A stretch of DNA of 64,000 bases, from positions 11,154 to 75,153 of the forward strand of contig CAXBLY010000003.1 in assembly GCA_963976865.1 (NCBI GenBank), given 5' to 3'. Positions 21,044-31,790 of the stretch are shown piece by piece (the first letter of the stretch is position 1; every line of letters begins with the position of its first letter). Source of the DNA: an uncultured Gammaproteobacteria bacterium (GTDB lineage: Bacteria; Pseudomonadota; Gammaproteobacteria; UBA4575). Made by a program: the position numbers and the translations under genes. The notes beneath the pieces were generated by a model that was given only the letters and a program-made list of their open reading frames with translations, had not been told where the DNA came from and searched no databases.

Positions 21044-21439
21044 GTGACTAACGATACACATAGCAAAAGAATTGGATATATTTTGTGGATTTTTGGTTTT
21101 TTTGGCGCACACCGATTCTATTATGGGCGTCCTGTTAGTGGAACGATTTATTTTTTTACATTGGGATTGCTGTTTGTTGGCTGGATTATAGATTTGTTCC
21201 TTATCCCGGGTATGGATGAAAAAGCAGATCTGCACTACGAGGCAGGAGAAAAAAATTATAGCGTATCCTGGATTCTGTTAACATTCTTTGGGATGTTTGG
21301 AGTTCATCGTTTCTATTTAGGCAAGATATTTACTGGGGTACTCTTCTTGTTAACCGGAGGAATATTTCTGCTAGGTTACTTATACGATTATTGGACTATC
21401 AATAAACAAATTTCAGAAATAAATTCAGGTAATAGTTAA
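21044..21439 (+). CDS. TM2 domain-containing membrane protein (two TM2 repeats)
   Basis: Two copies of the G.HRFY.G motif (GAHRFYYG, GVHRFYLG), each flanked by TM helices. Confidence 0.75.
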   Translation: MTNDTHSKRIGYILWIFGFFGAHRFYYGRPVSGTIYFFTLGLLFVGWIIDLFLIPGMDEKADLHYEAGEKNYSVSWILLTFFGMFGVHRFYLGKIFTGVLFLLTGGIFLLGYLYDYWTINKQISEINSGNS

Positions 21440-21468
21440 TTCATATACAATTGACATGCGTGTAACCG

Positions 21469-22035
21469 ATGACTGTGATAAGACTGCCAATGGATATTAA
21501 ATTTCCATTATATGCTGCTATTATATTTTACCTCCTGTTCGGAACGAGTTCGGCAATTGCAAGTGAGTCTGAATTACCTGAGTCAATAGTAGTTTCAGAT
21601 TTCAGCCTGCTTTTGAATGGCTCCGGTTCCAGAAAGAAATTTCTATTAGTAAAGATATATGACATCGCATTATATCTACCCAGACGCATATCAAATCACA
21701 GGGATATTAATAAACAGATACCACAGGCCTTCTTGATAAACATACGATTCGATAGTAATAAATCATTTGGGATACCACGTGCCTGGCGCGAAGAGTTGCT
21801 TCCTTTGCTGAATAGTGAACAAGAGTCTAAATTAAAAGCCGCCCTGGTCAGAGCGAATGTTAGTGATAAGTTCAGAGTTGAGTATGCACCTGATATTGGG
21901 ACCAAAATTTTATTGGAAGATGAACTTTTACTCATTGAATCTGGCTATGATTTAATGGCTGCATTTATAGATGTCTGGTTGGGACCAAAGCCAGTATCTG
22001 TGAAATTGGCTTCAGCCCTTATGTCAGAGAGTTAG
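21469..22035 (+). CDS. Hypothetical secreted protein
   Basis: 188 aa with an N-terminal signal peptide (AIIFYLLFGTSSAIA). No clear family assignment from sequence. Confidence 0.45.
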   Translation: MTVIRLPMDIKFPLYAAIIFYLLFGTSSAIASESELPESIVVSDFSLLLNGSGSRKKFLLVKIYDIALYLPRRISNHRDINKQIPQAFLINIRFDSNKSFGIPRAWREELLPLLNSEQESKLKAALVRANVSDKFRVEYAPDIGTKILLEDELLLIESGYDLMAAFIDVWLGPKPVSVKLASALMSES

Positions 22036-22100
22036 TGGCCGTAACATTACAATATCAATGTGATTTTTATATTATACCACCGTCAAAAAGGAGTTAATAA

Positions 22101-22274
22101 ATGCCAAAACTAATAAGCACTATTTTATTGATGATAACTGCAACACTGTTTATAGCTGCTTGTGAACAGGAAAGTGATGTAGAAAAAATTGGGGACTCGC
22201 TCGATGACGCTGTGGAAAATGTTGATGAGGCTGCAAATGATGCTAAAAGAGCTGTAGAAGATGCAGCTGATTAA
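22101..22274 (+). CDS. Small acidic lipoprotein (57 aa), absent from the ORF track
   Basis: AAAAGGAG RBS. MPKLISTILLMITATLFIAAC lipobox, then an acidic Ala/Asp/Glu-rich tail. Confidence 0.55.
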   Translation: MPKLISTILLMITATLFIAACEQESDVEKIGDSLDDAVENVDEAANDAKRAVEDAAD

Positions 22275-22307
22275 TGGCGGCAATACAGTTGTTTCGAAAT
22301 AATCATA

Positions 22308-23369
22308 TCAATTATTGTCGAAACCATTATTTATTTTTCTATCCGCATGTTTCTCATCCTTCGAATTGGCAGTAGGAACATTATGTTCTTTTCTGTTTTC
22401 TGGGGTAATCTGTAATTCCACGTATATTGGGAAATGGTCTGACCCAAATGCAGAAAGCCTTTGGATCTGTCTCACGCTAAAGTGTTTGGAAACAAATACA
22501 TGATCGAGAGGGAAACGCAAGAATGGAAGTTTGGCATGATAGGAATTGAACATTCCGCGTCCTATGCGTAAATCAAGCAGACTGCTGATTTTTTGAAATA
22601 ATGCAGTCGTATAGGACCAGGCGACATCATTTAAGTCTCCGGCGACAATAGTAGGACCTTTATGGTCTTTTACACGTTTGCCTACAATTAAAAGTTCAGC
22701 ATCTCTCTTTGTAGTGCTTTTGCTTTCCTGAGGAGCTGGTGGTTTTGGATGTAAGCAGGATAATTTAATACGCTGTCCAGATGAATGAAGTACGTCAGCG
22801 TGTATCGAGGGGACGTCTTTTTTAACTATATATTCAATCTTAGTATTTGACAGTGGCAGATTTGAAAACACAGCCATGCCATAAGTATTTTCCAGGGGTA
22901 TGCTGACTTCATGTTCAAACTTTAATTGACTCCTTAATTCATGACACCATTCATGATTAACTTCTACTACCAGAAGTATGTCTGGTTTGTAATGAATGAC
23001 ATGTCTGGCTAGAGACGCGTAGTCTCGGTTATTCATGTATACATTCGCTATCATGAGTTTTACCAAATCATTTTCATTGCTCGAGCCTGCGTTTATGATT
23101 TGTACAGGATATAGTGGTGTGTATGGAATGATCTTAATACACTGATATACCAGGCAACATACTAATAATATAAATGTGCTTGTAAATATTATACTGCTAT
23201 CTGCCGACCAGGTTGCCAATATGGTAGCGACAATTCCTATGACAGTGATCTGAACACGAGGAAATCCGAAAATTCTGATCCACCAGTGATCAAGTCGAAT
23301 TATCGGGAGTAACGTTGCTAATATAAAAAAGCCACTGATTGCGTAAAATAGAGTTTCAGTAATATGCAT
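22308..23369 (-). CDS. Membrane-anchored endonuclease/exonuclease/phosphatase (EEP) family protein
   Basis: About 3 N-terminal TM helices, then EEP motifs (VAGDLNDV, FGSDHFPIYVEL). Confidence 0.7.
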   Translation of the reverse strand: MHITETLFYAISGFFILATLLPIIRLDHWWIRIFGFPRVQITVIGIVATILATWSADSSIIFTSTFILLVCCLVYQCIKIIPYTPLYPVQIINAGSSNENDLVKLMIANVYMNNRDYASLARHVIHYKPDILLVVEVNHEWCHELRSQLKFEHEVSIPLENTYGMAVFSNLPLSNTKIEYIVKKDVPSIHADVLHSSGQRIKLSCLHPKPPAPQESKSTTKRDAELLIVGKRVKDHKGPTIVAGDLNDVAWSYTTALFQKISSLLDLRIGRGMFNSYHAKLPFLRFPLDHVFVSKHFSVRQIQRLSAFGSDHFPIYVELQITPENRKEHNVPTANSKDEKHADRKINNGFDNN

Positions 23370-23627
23370 TTCAATCTATTTCATACGAGTTGTGTACTAT
23401 TCAGTTAATATAACAACGTGCTGATGTGAATATCATATACTACAATAAAAAATATACTGCTAAGAATGATTCAAGGTCGGGTAATTCCGGGCTTTACAGG
23501 ATATGATTGTATAATGATTCATGGTTAAAAATGAAACTATTTCTAGTCAGATAATAAGCTGTCCTTCCTGTTCTGAATCGCTTTACCATGATATTAATTA
23601 TTCAGTTTCTCTTATTGACTTGAGGGT

Positions 23628-24146
23628 GTGCTTGTGAATATTAAGTTCTTGTTGCTTCCAGCTTTAATAATATTTACCTGTCTGTTTATACACGATGGAG
23701 TATATGCAGCCGAAGTGGGCAGTGTAGATACCAAGTTCAACTTATTGAGCCCTGATGATTCAATCAAAATTGAAGTGGTAAAGGATCCGAAAATTGAGGG
23801 TGTAGTATGTTATCTAAGTAGCGCTCAAAAAGGCGGCTATAGGGGAGCACTAGGTATTGCGGAAGATACATCGGATGCATCAATAGACTGTCGACAAATT
23901 GGTCCCATACAATTTATTAAGCCTTTCAAAAAAGGTGAGTCTGTTTTTAAAGAGCGTCGATCACTGATATTTAAAAAGCTTAAAGTTGTTCGATTTTGTG
24001 ATATTTCAAATAATGCAATTGTGTATCTCGTTTATAGCGAAAGAGTGATTGAAGGGTCGCCCAAGAATTCAGTTTCTGCTGTGCCAGTTTCAAAATGGCA
24101 TACACAAAAAGATGATGAACTTCTGGAAATGTGTAGCTATAAGTAA
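23628..24146 (+). CDS. creA: CreA family periplasmic protein
   Basis: Near-colinear with E. coli CreA (GSVDT, CYLSSAQKGGYRGALGIAEDTSDASIDCRQIGPI, SPKNSVSAVPV). GTG start. An alternative start at 23634 is possible. Confidence 0.8.
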   Translation: MLVNIKFLLLPALIIFTCLFIHDGVYAAEVGSVDTKFNLLSPDDSIKIEVVKDPKIEGVVCYLSSAQKGGYRGALGIAEDTSDASIDCRQIGPIQFIKPFKKGESVFKERRSLIFKKLKVVRFCDISNNAIVYLVYSERVIEGSPKNSVSAVPVSKWHTQKDDELLEMCSYK

Positions 24147-24424
24147 TTCATGAATGATAAAAATTAATATATCAATGCGGGAAAATAGTCGATTTATCCA
24201 GGATTCATATTATTAAAAACATAAATTATACATGTAGTTTTGAACTATCTAACGTGGCTTGAACTGGAATATTCACCATGTGCTTTAGTAGAATTTAAAA
24301 TTGCTATCATAATCAATAACATGTGAAATATTGCGTGGCAGAGTGTGTATGATGGCGAATAACTGGATCACACAGGATAAGCAGTCTAATAAATGTATTT
24401 CATGTAATATATTACATTCAAATT

Positions 24425-25798
24425 ATGGGTAATCTGCGTATGTTAATGATAATAAAATCATACATCATGGCTATAGTCGGTCTTTTATTTGTACTAACAC
24501 TCATATTAAATAATGTGTCTGCACAGGAAGTAGGGACAGACAATGAAATCATTGAACAAACTAATGACGACATAGCAGCAGGCGAAAAAGAAATTAGTGA
24601 TCATGTTATTCAAAAAAGACTGCAGAATATTTATAAAAACATCAATGCGCTAAGTGATATAACTGTTTTAGTGAAGGGTGGAGTTGTTACTTTATCAGGT
24701 ATAGTAAATTCTAATGAGGCATATGAATTAGCGGTAAATTTGGCAGATAGGGTCGAGGGGGTTGTTGGTATAAATAATCAGGTGGTGCTGGATAATAGCG
24801 TTACCCAGCGATTAAATGCTATCAATAATAAAATAAATACTATCATCAATAGAACATTTGCAAATCTTCCTGTTTACTTAATTGCGATAACTGTATTTGT
24901 ATTTTTCTGGTTCCTGTCCTTTTTAGTGTCTCGCCAGAAATTTATCTTTAATAAGATTGCTAAAAATGCATTTTTGCAATCACTTGTTTCGCAAGTTGTC
25001 CGTGGCGTTATTATTATAATTGGTTTTGTGTTGACGCTGGAAATTCTTGATGCAACTGCATTACTAGGGACAATATTAGGTGCTGCAGGTATATTTGGTC
25101 TGGCGATTGGTTTCGCTATTCGCGATACTGTAGAAAATTATATTGCAAGTATACTGCTAAGCGTAAGACAGCCATTTTCGCCTAATGATCATATTGTTCT
25201 GGAAGGTTATGAGGGTAAAGTTGTTAAATTGACATCAAGAGATACGATTTTGATGACACTGGACGGTAATCATGTCCGAATACCAAATGCTAAAGTGTAT
25301 AAAGGTAATATATTAAATTATACACGCAACTCATTACGCCGCTTAACATTTGAAGTAGGTGTAGATAGTGACGTCGAATTAACTGCTGCACAAGAACTGG
25401 CCGTAAATACATTGCAAATTATCCCTGGGGTGCTGAATGACCCTGCCGCAGAATGTCGTATTGAAAAACTGGGTGATTCAAATGTAATTTTAGTATTAAT
25501 GGCATGGGTTGACCAAAATGAGGTCGACTTTAGCAAAGTTAAAAGTGAAGCTATTCGGTTAGTTAAAGAACAATTTGAAGAGGCCAACTTTGAAATGCCT
25601 GAACCAATCTATCGGATCAAGATTCAGGATAATTCTTCTGTGCCTGAAGAGTTAAGAAAATCAGGCAGTCAACACGAGAAATCAGTACCTACGACGCAAA
25701 GTCTTGCGGAGATAGATGTCTCGAAAGATACGCACATAGAAGAGCAGATTCGACGAGATAAATTAACAGACAAAGAACCCGACTTGCTCAGTCCTTAA
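24425..25798 (+). CDS. Mechanosensitive channel (MscS family) with an N-terminal periplasmic BON domain
   Basis: Signal peptide, a BON-like segment (VLVKGGVVTLSGIVNSNEAYELAV), then an MscS-type TM3/beta domain (GAAGIFGLAIGFA...). Confidence 0.75.
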   Translation: MGNLRMLMIIKSYIMAIVGLLFVLTLILNNVSAQEVGTDNEIIEQTNDDIAAGEKEISDHVIQKRLQNIYKNINALSDITVLVKGGVVTLSGIVNSNEAYELAVNLADRVEGVVGINNQVVLDNSVTQRLNAINNKINTIINRTFANLPVYLIAITVFVFFWFLSFLVSRQKFIFNKIAKNAFLQSLVSQVVRGVIIIIGFVLTLEILDATALLGTILGAAGIFGLAIGFAIRDTVENYIASILLSVRQPFSPNDHIVLEGYEGKVVKLTSRDTILMTLDGNHVRIPNAKVYKGNILNYTRNSLRRLTFEVGVDSDVELTAAQELAVNTLQIIPGVLNDPAAECRIEKLGDSNVILVLMAWVDQNEVDFSKVKSEAIRLVKEQFEEANFEMPEPIYRIKIQDNSSVPEELRKSGSQHEKSVPTTQSLAEIDVSKDTHIEEQIRRDKLTDKEPDLLSP

Positions 25799-25835
25799 GA
25801 TATTAATTAATATAGTTTGATTGCGACATCGTTAA

Positions 25836-28613
25836 TTATGCAGAGGACCTTGACGTGATAATATTCTCAGGTTGACGGGTCTTTTCTGTAGCGTATTCTA
25901 GGAACTCAATGTCAGTTAATGGCCGGCTAAATAAATATCCTTGCCCATAGTCGCAATTTAATGCACGCAAGATATTGCTTTGCTCAATGGTTTCTATGCC
26001 TTCTGCAACAATATTTTTGTCTAGTGTATGCCCGATATCAATTATTACTTTCACTATATGCTGGTCACGTTGATCCTTATCAAGATCCATTATGAATTCC
26101 CGGTCTATTTTTATCAGATCAAAAGGGATTTTCTTTAAGTAGTTGAGTGATGAGTACTCTTTTCCGAAATCATCAATTGATATTGTCACACCTAGCTCAT
26201 GAAGCTGATTAAGTTCTCTTGTAAGCTCGCTTATATCATTAATGAATGCACTTTCAGTGATTTCAAGATCCAGGCAATTAGGCGCCATACCTGTTTCCTG
26301 CAGTGCAGATTCAACAACTTTTGTGAATCCCTTTGTGGCAAGTTGACGAGCAGATACATTCACTGCAATTGACTCTAATGGTATTTTCTTGTCGATCCAA
26401 TCCATGAATTGATAGCAGGATTTTCTTAAGATCCACTGACCAATCTCGTTTATTAAGCCAGTTTCTTCTGCTAGTGATATGAATGACTCAGTATTGACCA
26501 TGCCAAGAGAAGTTTGATGCCAGCGAGCTAATGTCTCTACACTCACCAGCTTATTCGTTTTAAGATGCAATTTCGGCTGATAGCGTAAAGAAATTTCATT
26601 TGACTCTAGCGCATGGTGTAAATAGTGTTCTAACGACAGACGCTGATTGCGTTCTTTTTCTATAGTGTTGTCAAATATTACGTACTGGCTTCTTCCATCC
26701 TGTTTAGCTTTAAACATGGCTAAATCAGCTTTTTCCAGAAGCTGTTGCGGACTGCTGCATCCATTTGGTCCAAAAATAATCCCAATACTTGTTCCTAGAT
26801 AATAGGACATATCCATAACAATAAAAGGATTTTTAAATTTATCCTGTATTTTTTCAGCTAATTTAATTACCTGGCTTTTATTATCAATTTTTTCAATTGC
26901 GATACAGAATTCGTCTCCGCTGAGCCTTGCCAGACAGTGACTGTTATTAGTGCAGGATAATAATCGTTCTGCTACTTGTATTAGTACTTCGTTTCCTGTG
27001 CTGTGGCCGGAAAGATCATTGACGTTCTTGAAGTGGTCGAGGTCTATATATAACAGTGCAATACTTTCTTTATATTCGATGGCGTGATGCCATAATTTTG
27101 TTAGATGACTGAATATGTAATTACGATTCGGTAGATCAGTAAGACTGTCATAATTCGCCTTTTTGTACAATACGGATTGATGATACAGAGTTGAATAGAT
27201 AACGGAAAAACGCTCTGACAGGTCCTGTAATGAAGATGCCTCGCGTTTATCCATTCTGACATCATTGCTACCAATGAGGATGTAACCAACAGTCTGTTCT
27301 GAATGCTTAATCCTGTGTATCCACACATATTTGTAGTCATTACAAGTTGTTAGCGGTTTAAAATGATCTTCAAATACAGGTTGGTCTATCAAGTACAAGT
27401 CGTTTATGGATTGGGTTGAATCATCAAATTTATGTTCTATATTTTCAAGTTTGAACTTGTTCTCGGCATTCTCATAAGTTGCTATGTGTGAAATAAATTG
27501 TTGAGGGTTAAGTGGATCTTCTATTGATATTGTAATCCAGCTGACATCAAATAATTCGAGAAGTGATGGCAGATTATTCTTTATAGATTCATGAATGTCT
27601 GCTGTTTTAAGAAAGTCGCGTTCTAGCTTTGTGTACACATCACTCTTGTGTGACTCATGCTGCAAGCTATTTGACATAGTATTAAATGAATCAGCCAATT
27701 CCATAAACTCATCATCGCTGGTGATTTCAATGTCTACATCATAATCGCCTACTGCAATTCTTTTTGTAGCATTTGATAGATGGTTTAATGGATAAAGCAG
27801 TTTTGCACTTAGTTTATATACAATAAAGCTTGCGATTAAGAAGAATATTAATGATGTTGGGATTAAATAATACTCAAAGCTCCATAGCGTAGAAAGCACT
27901 TTGCTCTCCTGTTTTAGTACCACAAAATGCCATGGAGGTGATTGAAAATAACTGGGTAAAAACAACTCGCGCGACAGGAGCCGATAACTATTTCCATCTA
28001 TTGATTTTTCAATCATGCGTTCTTTGGCATTTATCAATGTAGACAAATTAGTTAATTTTACTTCTGGTGTTTCTATGTAATTGCAAAATAATATTTCTAG
28101 TTGTCCAGATATAATGCAGACAGGTTCGTTATAAGGATTATTAGACTTGTTCCCAAATAAAGAGTCGCTTGTAATTGTTGCACTTAATACAAACATGTCA
28201 CCAATATTTGACAAGTGCAGTTTTTCTATTTTTATAAACAGGTTACCTTTGTTGTCCCGGTAATAAGATAACCGTGGACGAATTGAATAAGCAAACCCGG
28301 TATTCATCACATCTTTAACAGGAGTAAGTTCCAGTTTTTCAAAGCCGTGTAATGTATTAGCTGATATACGATCATTGATATGTGTGCTGACTGTTTCCAG
28401 TTGAGTGCTGTATTTTTTTAGTTCATTAAATGTAAGTTGACCAAATGACTTTGCATTTTTAATCAGATTTTCATTTATCTCCTGTTCTATAAAACTTTCA
28501 ACGTATGATTTTGAAAAAATCGTTTGTAAACATAAGGGTATAAATGCGGCAATAAAAAATACAATCAGTATTTTTGCATTAAATTTTTTAAATATGGAAG
28601 TGTGTGAATTCAA
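25836..28613 (-). CDS. Sensor diguanylate cyclase/phosphodiesterase (periplasmic sensor-TM-HAMP-GGDEF-EAL)
   Basis: 925 aa. GGDEF variant RLSGDEF, EAL motif EITESAF, plus DDFG and QGYLF motifs. Confidence 0.85.
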   Translation of the reverse strand: MNSHTSIFKKFNAKILIVFFIAAFIPLCLQTIFSKSYVESFIEQEINENLIKNAKSFGQLTFNELKKYSTQLETVSTHINDRISANTLHGFEKLELTPVKDVMNTGFAYSIRPRLSYYRDNKGNLFIKIEKLHLSNIGDMFVLSATITSDSLFGNKSNNPYNEPVCIISGQLEILFCNYIETPEVKLTNLSTLINAKERMIEKSIDGNSYRLLSRELFLPSYFQSPPWHFVVLKQESKVLSTLWSFEYYLIPTSLIFFLIASFIVYKLSAKLLYPLNHLSNATKRIAVGDYDVDIEITSDDEFMELADSFNTMSNSLQHESHKSDVYTKLERDFLKTADIHESIKNNLPSLLELFDVSWITISIEDPLNPQQFISHIATYENAENKFKLENIEHKFDDSTQSINDLYLIDQPVFEDHFKPLTTCNDYKYVWIHRIKHSEQTVGYILIGSNDVRMDKREASSLQDLSERFSVIYSTLYHQSVLYKKANYDSLTDLPNRNYIFSHLTKLWHHAIEYKESIALLYIDLDHFKNVNDLSGHSTGNEVLIQVAERLLSCTNNSHCLARLSGDEFCIAIEKIDNKSQVIKLAEKIQDKFKNPFIVMDMSYYLGTSIGIIFGPNGCSSPQQLLEKADLAMFKAKQDGRSQYVIFDNTIEKERNQRLSLEHYLHHALESNEISLRYQPKLHLKTNKLVSVETLARWHQTSLGMVNTESFISLAEETGLINEIGQWILRKSCYQFMDWIDKKIPLESIAVNVSARQLATKGFTKVVESALQETGMAPNCLDLEITESAFINDISELTRELNQLHELGVTISIDDFGKEYSSLNYLKKIPFDLIKIDREFIMDLDKDQRDQHIVKVIIDIGHTLDKNIVAEGIETIEQSNILRALNCDYGQGYLFSRPLTDIEFLEYATEKTRQPENIITSRSSA

Positions 28614-28625
28614 TTCAGGCTCGAC

Positions 28626-29123
28626 TTAATATTTGCTAACTATTCCAATCCACTTGCCATTATTGGCACGTATAATGTCATCATGTGACACGCTCTCTGA
28701 CAATGCGGATGCGCTGTTACCGTTTTTCCCAACACTGTATAGGTCATAATCACTGTTAACAGGTCTTAAGTTTCTATCTTTACGCTGTTGTTCTGGAGTT
28801 GACGAGTTATGAGCGTGGTACTGGTATGGTATTCCCCACGGGTCTACCATGTTTTTTATGCCCAATTCTGATAAATCTTCAGGAAGACGACTGTTCGATA
28901 ATTGATATTTTGTAATTGCGACACTTATTTCCGAAATATCTATAACAGCCTGTTCAATATTATTTTGATGATGATGCTTTCTGTATTCTGGCACTGCAAG
29001 CACAACCAGAAGACCGATAGCAGCGGTGACTATTAATATCTCAACAAACGTAAATCCATTACGATTATTATGTGGCAGTAGAAATTCGTGCAGTGGCATA
29101 GGAAAGTGTGTGGTCTGAATCAA
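28626..29123 (-). CDS. Type II secretion pseudopilin GspG-like / type IV pilin-like protein (orphan)
   Basis: Prepilin cleavage/methylation motif NG|FTFVEILIV. GspG-like segment DPWGIPYQY. The unusually long leader suggests an internal start may be used. Confidence 0.6.
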   Translation of the reverse strand: MIQTTHFPMPLHEFLLPHNNRNGFTFVEILIVTAAIGLLVVLAVPEYRKHHHQNNIEQAVIDISEISVAITKYQLSNSRLPEDLSELGIKNMVDPWGIPYQYHAHNSSTPEQQRKDRNLRPVNSDYDLYSVGKNGNSASALSESVSHDDIIRANNGKWIGIVSKY

Positions 29124-29632
29124 TATCCTTAATGTTCTTTATATAGGCATATAGACTCTAGTAAACACGTACAGAGACAGGTGGTATTTTCTTGACATAC
29201 AGTCGGATTCATTAGGTGGTGCTGCTTGATTAACAGGCTGATTATATTGATATATTTATCTGTTATATGCTTTAGAAATACTCTGTATATAAAGACTTAA
29301 TTTTCCTGAATATCTCACTGTCAATGGAGGATGAAATTTAATCTGTATTGTTATAAGTCACTGTTAATTAGTGATAATTTGTTCCTGGGTAATTATGTAA
29401 TATTTAATATTATATATTCTTATGGAGTGGTTATTTCATAGGCGTTATATTCATGTTTTAGGCGTACCTGTTAATTCTTTAATAGTCCAGACACCGCTAT
29501 CAGGTTGGATTCAGGATCAATCAAAATAAGTGGGGCATATGAAGTTGCTTAATGTTTGCGGATATATGTGCTTATCGGTTTTGGCTTGTTTAACATTTAC
29601 AGTTGTTACCGTCGTAAATAAACAGGAAATCA

Positions 29633-30268
29633 GTGCTTGTTTTACATATACTCACCTTCATTATGAAAATGAACAGTCCATATATTGCCAGCTTTACTCT
29701 GGCTGGCATGTTAAGCATTCTTACAATTGTTTTCCGAAACTATGAATTCCTGCTTTATGCATTAACTGTCCTTGTGCTGATTGTTATTCTTTATAAAACA
29801 GATCATTATTTTAAGTACAATAAAACTGGATTATGGCTGTTTAACATTTGGCTGGTACTTCATATATTAGGGGGGCTGGCATCGTATCAAGGTGTGCGTT
29901 TATATGATCTGATTCTGCTGGACATAGTAGGTGAGCCTTACAACATACTTAAATATGACCAGTTTGTGCATTTTTATTGTTACCTGGTCATATCAATACT
30001 AATGTGGAGCGTGGTAGATAAAATAACAAAGATAAAAGCAAGTCGTGTTGTTGTATGCACAGTTACTATTTTGGCAGCCTCAAGTCTGGGGGCAGTCAAT
30101 GAGATTATTGAGTTTCTTGCTGTTGTGGCATTCAGCTCAGATGGTGTAGGAGGGTATATAAACACGACAATTGATTTAGTCGCAAATCTGTTTGGAGCAA
30201 TAGTCGGTACTCTCTATATGAATAATAAATATAATCGCTATGACAGTATTACCTCACAACATACCTGA
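29633..30268 (+). CDS. Hypothetical polytopic membrane protein
   Basis: 211 aa with 5-6 hydrophobic helices. Start uncertain (MKMNSPY is an alternative). Confidence 0.45.
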   Translation: MLVLHILTFIMKMNSPYIASFTLAGMLSILTIVFRNYEFLLYALTVLVLIVILYKTDHYFKYNKTGLWLFNIWLVLHILGGLASYQGVRLYDLILLDIVGEPYNILKYDQFVHFYCYLVISILMWSVVDKITKIKASRVVVCTVTILAASSLGAVNEIIEFLAVVAFSSDGVGGYINTTIDLVANLFGAIVGTLYMNNKYNRYDSITSQHT

Positions 30269-30414
30269 GTTTATACAGGCGAATACCACTATAAAAGGGC
30301 TGGTATGTTCAATACCAGTAATAACTGCATTATGAATATTCATTTATATTTTCCTGAATAATTTCAGTATTAAAAAATATTCAGGGAATATGAATATCGC
30401 AGTATTAGTCAGCA

Positions 30415-30750
30415 TTAGTCAGCATTAGTCAGCTTAGCGTCTTTCACATTGACGACAATAAATTCTATCTTTTTTGCTTTATCTTCAGGGTGTAATTTCT
30501 CAATTGCATGGTTCACTAGTGGGTGAAGCTCTATTTCGCCCTCGTCAAACATACGCTCACTGGATTCAAACCACCATCGTGAAGGAGTGACAGTGTGAGA
30601 TTTAAGTTCATTCTCTTTCGCGAAACTTTCAACAAACTCATTGGCTTTCTGATCCACTTCTGCAGGATCTCCCATAAAGAATAACTCATCATTAGCTTTT
30701 GAATTTAATTCATAGCAGATTTGTTCCAGGTCATTAAATTTTTTCATCAT
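30415..30750 (-). CDS. Hypothetical acidic cytoplasmic protein
   Basis: 111-aa ORF. Its 3' end overlaps a 3x10-bp tandem repeat (attagtcagc). Confidence 0.45.
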   Translation of the reverse strand: MMKKFNDLEQICYELNSKANDELFFMGDPAEVDQKANEFVESFAKENELKSHTVTPSRWWFESSERMFDEGEIELHPLVNHAIEKLHPEDKAKKIEFIVVNVKDAKLTNAD

Positions 30751-30805
30751 ACCTCCTAGATATATAGTTACTTGTAATGAATTGTCATGTAGTTGGTTTG
30801 TAGTT

Positions 30806-31414
30806 TTACTTGTCTTTTTTGACTCTGCTGGATAGACCTGCTGTTAATGCCCAGCGCAAGCCTTCTTCAGTGCTTAGTTCTGCCGATGAAATGTTTTCTT
30901 CAGGTATCATCAGTGTGAAACCTCCTATCTGATATCCCATCTGTACGAATACTGGTTTGTATCCACTTGGTACAGTCATATCAGAATTGTTATCGCTGTT
31001 ATCATTCATCACGAAGCCAAGCACTTTAATGTCAGGATCTGATAGTGTTGCTATCACGGGCTTACCTAGATTGTCACTCATGTCGCCTGATACTACATCT
31101 AACATATCCTTGATTGGCGAATATATAGATCCAAATAAGGGTACTCGACGAAATAATCTGTCTGCCAGGTTAAGCAATTTTCTGGTTAGCCATTGATGCA
31201 TCAGTAATCCAAATGCAAATGCAATGCTTAATACCAAGGCTATGCCAATTCCTGGAAAGTATAACCAGCTTGCTGATAAATGATTTAATAAGTTATGTGT
31301 TGTCTTTTCAATAGCAGTCACAAGAAAATAAAGTAAATATGCAGATAATAAAACTGGCAGTATTATACTGAAGCCTTTTATAAGTGTATTAATAATAAAT
31401 TTTTTCATAACCAT
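30806..31414 (-). CDS. DUF502 family membrane protein
   Basis: About 200 aa with two N-terminal TM helices, then a conserved soluble domain typical of DUF502. Confidence 0.55.
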   Translation of the reverse strand: MVMKKFIINTLIKGFSIILPVLLSAYLLYFLVTAIEKTTHNLLNHLSASWLYFPGIGIALVLSIAFAFGLLMHQWLTRKLLNLADRLFRRVPLFGSIYSPIKDMLDVVSGDMSDNLGKPVIATLSDPDIKVLGFVMNDNSDNNSDMTVPSGYKPVFVQMGYQIGGFTLMIPEENISSAELSTEEGLRWALTAGLSSRVKKDK

Positions 31415-31790
31415 TTATCTTATACCTGCTTTTATCTTATTCGTTAGTCTTGGTACTGTACAATTAGATTACCATACTCTATGGCATCGATAAATTGTTA
31501 CACATGCATGTATTCAGATGGTTTAATTCAACCATCCAGAATCATAATGGCTGATATAAACCTATTTTTCTTGTTTAATGGCTTGCGTTTTATTTCAGTT
31601 AACTAAAAAACACTATAATTAAAAACACTCTACTAATTATTATGGTATTTAAAGCCAGTTCGTAAACTGCTTTATACTTTATATATAAAGGCATTTTATG
31701 TGCTGTGAAATAAATCATTTGTGCTTATTTGTTTTGTATTGGCATCATCCATGCATATTCTCTAAGTGTAATTAAACTAAGGAGAACAAC

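Noticed and set aside
30404-30433. Short tandem repeat considered as a CRISPR or minisatellite
   Set aside because: Only three 10-bp units, with no spacers or repeat-spacer periodicity. It overlaps a stop codon.
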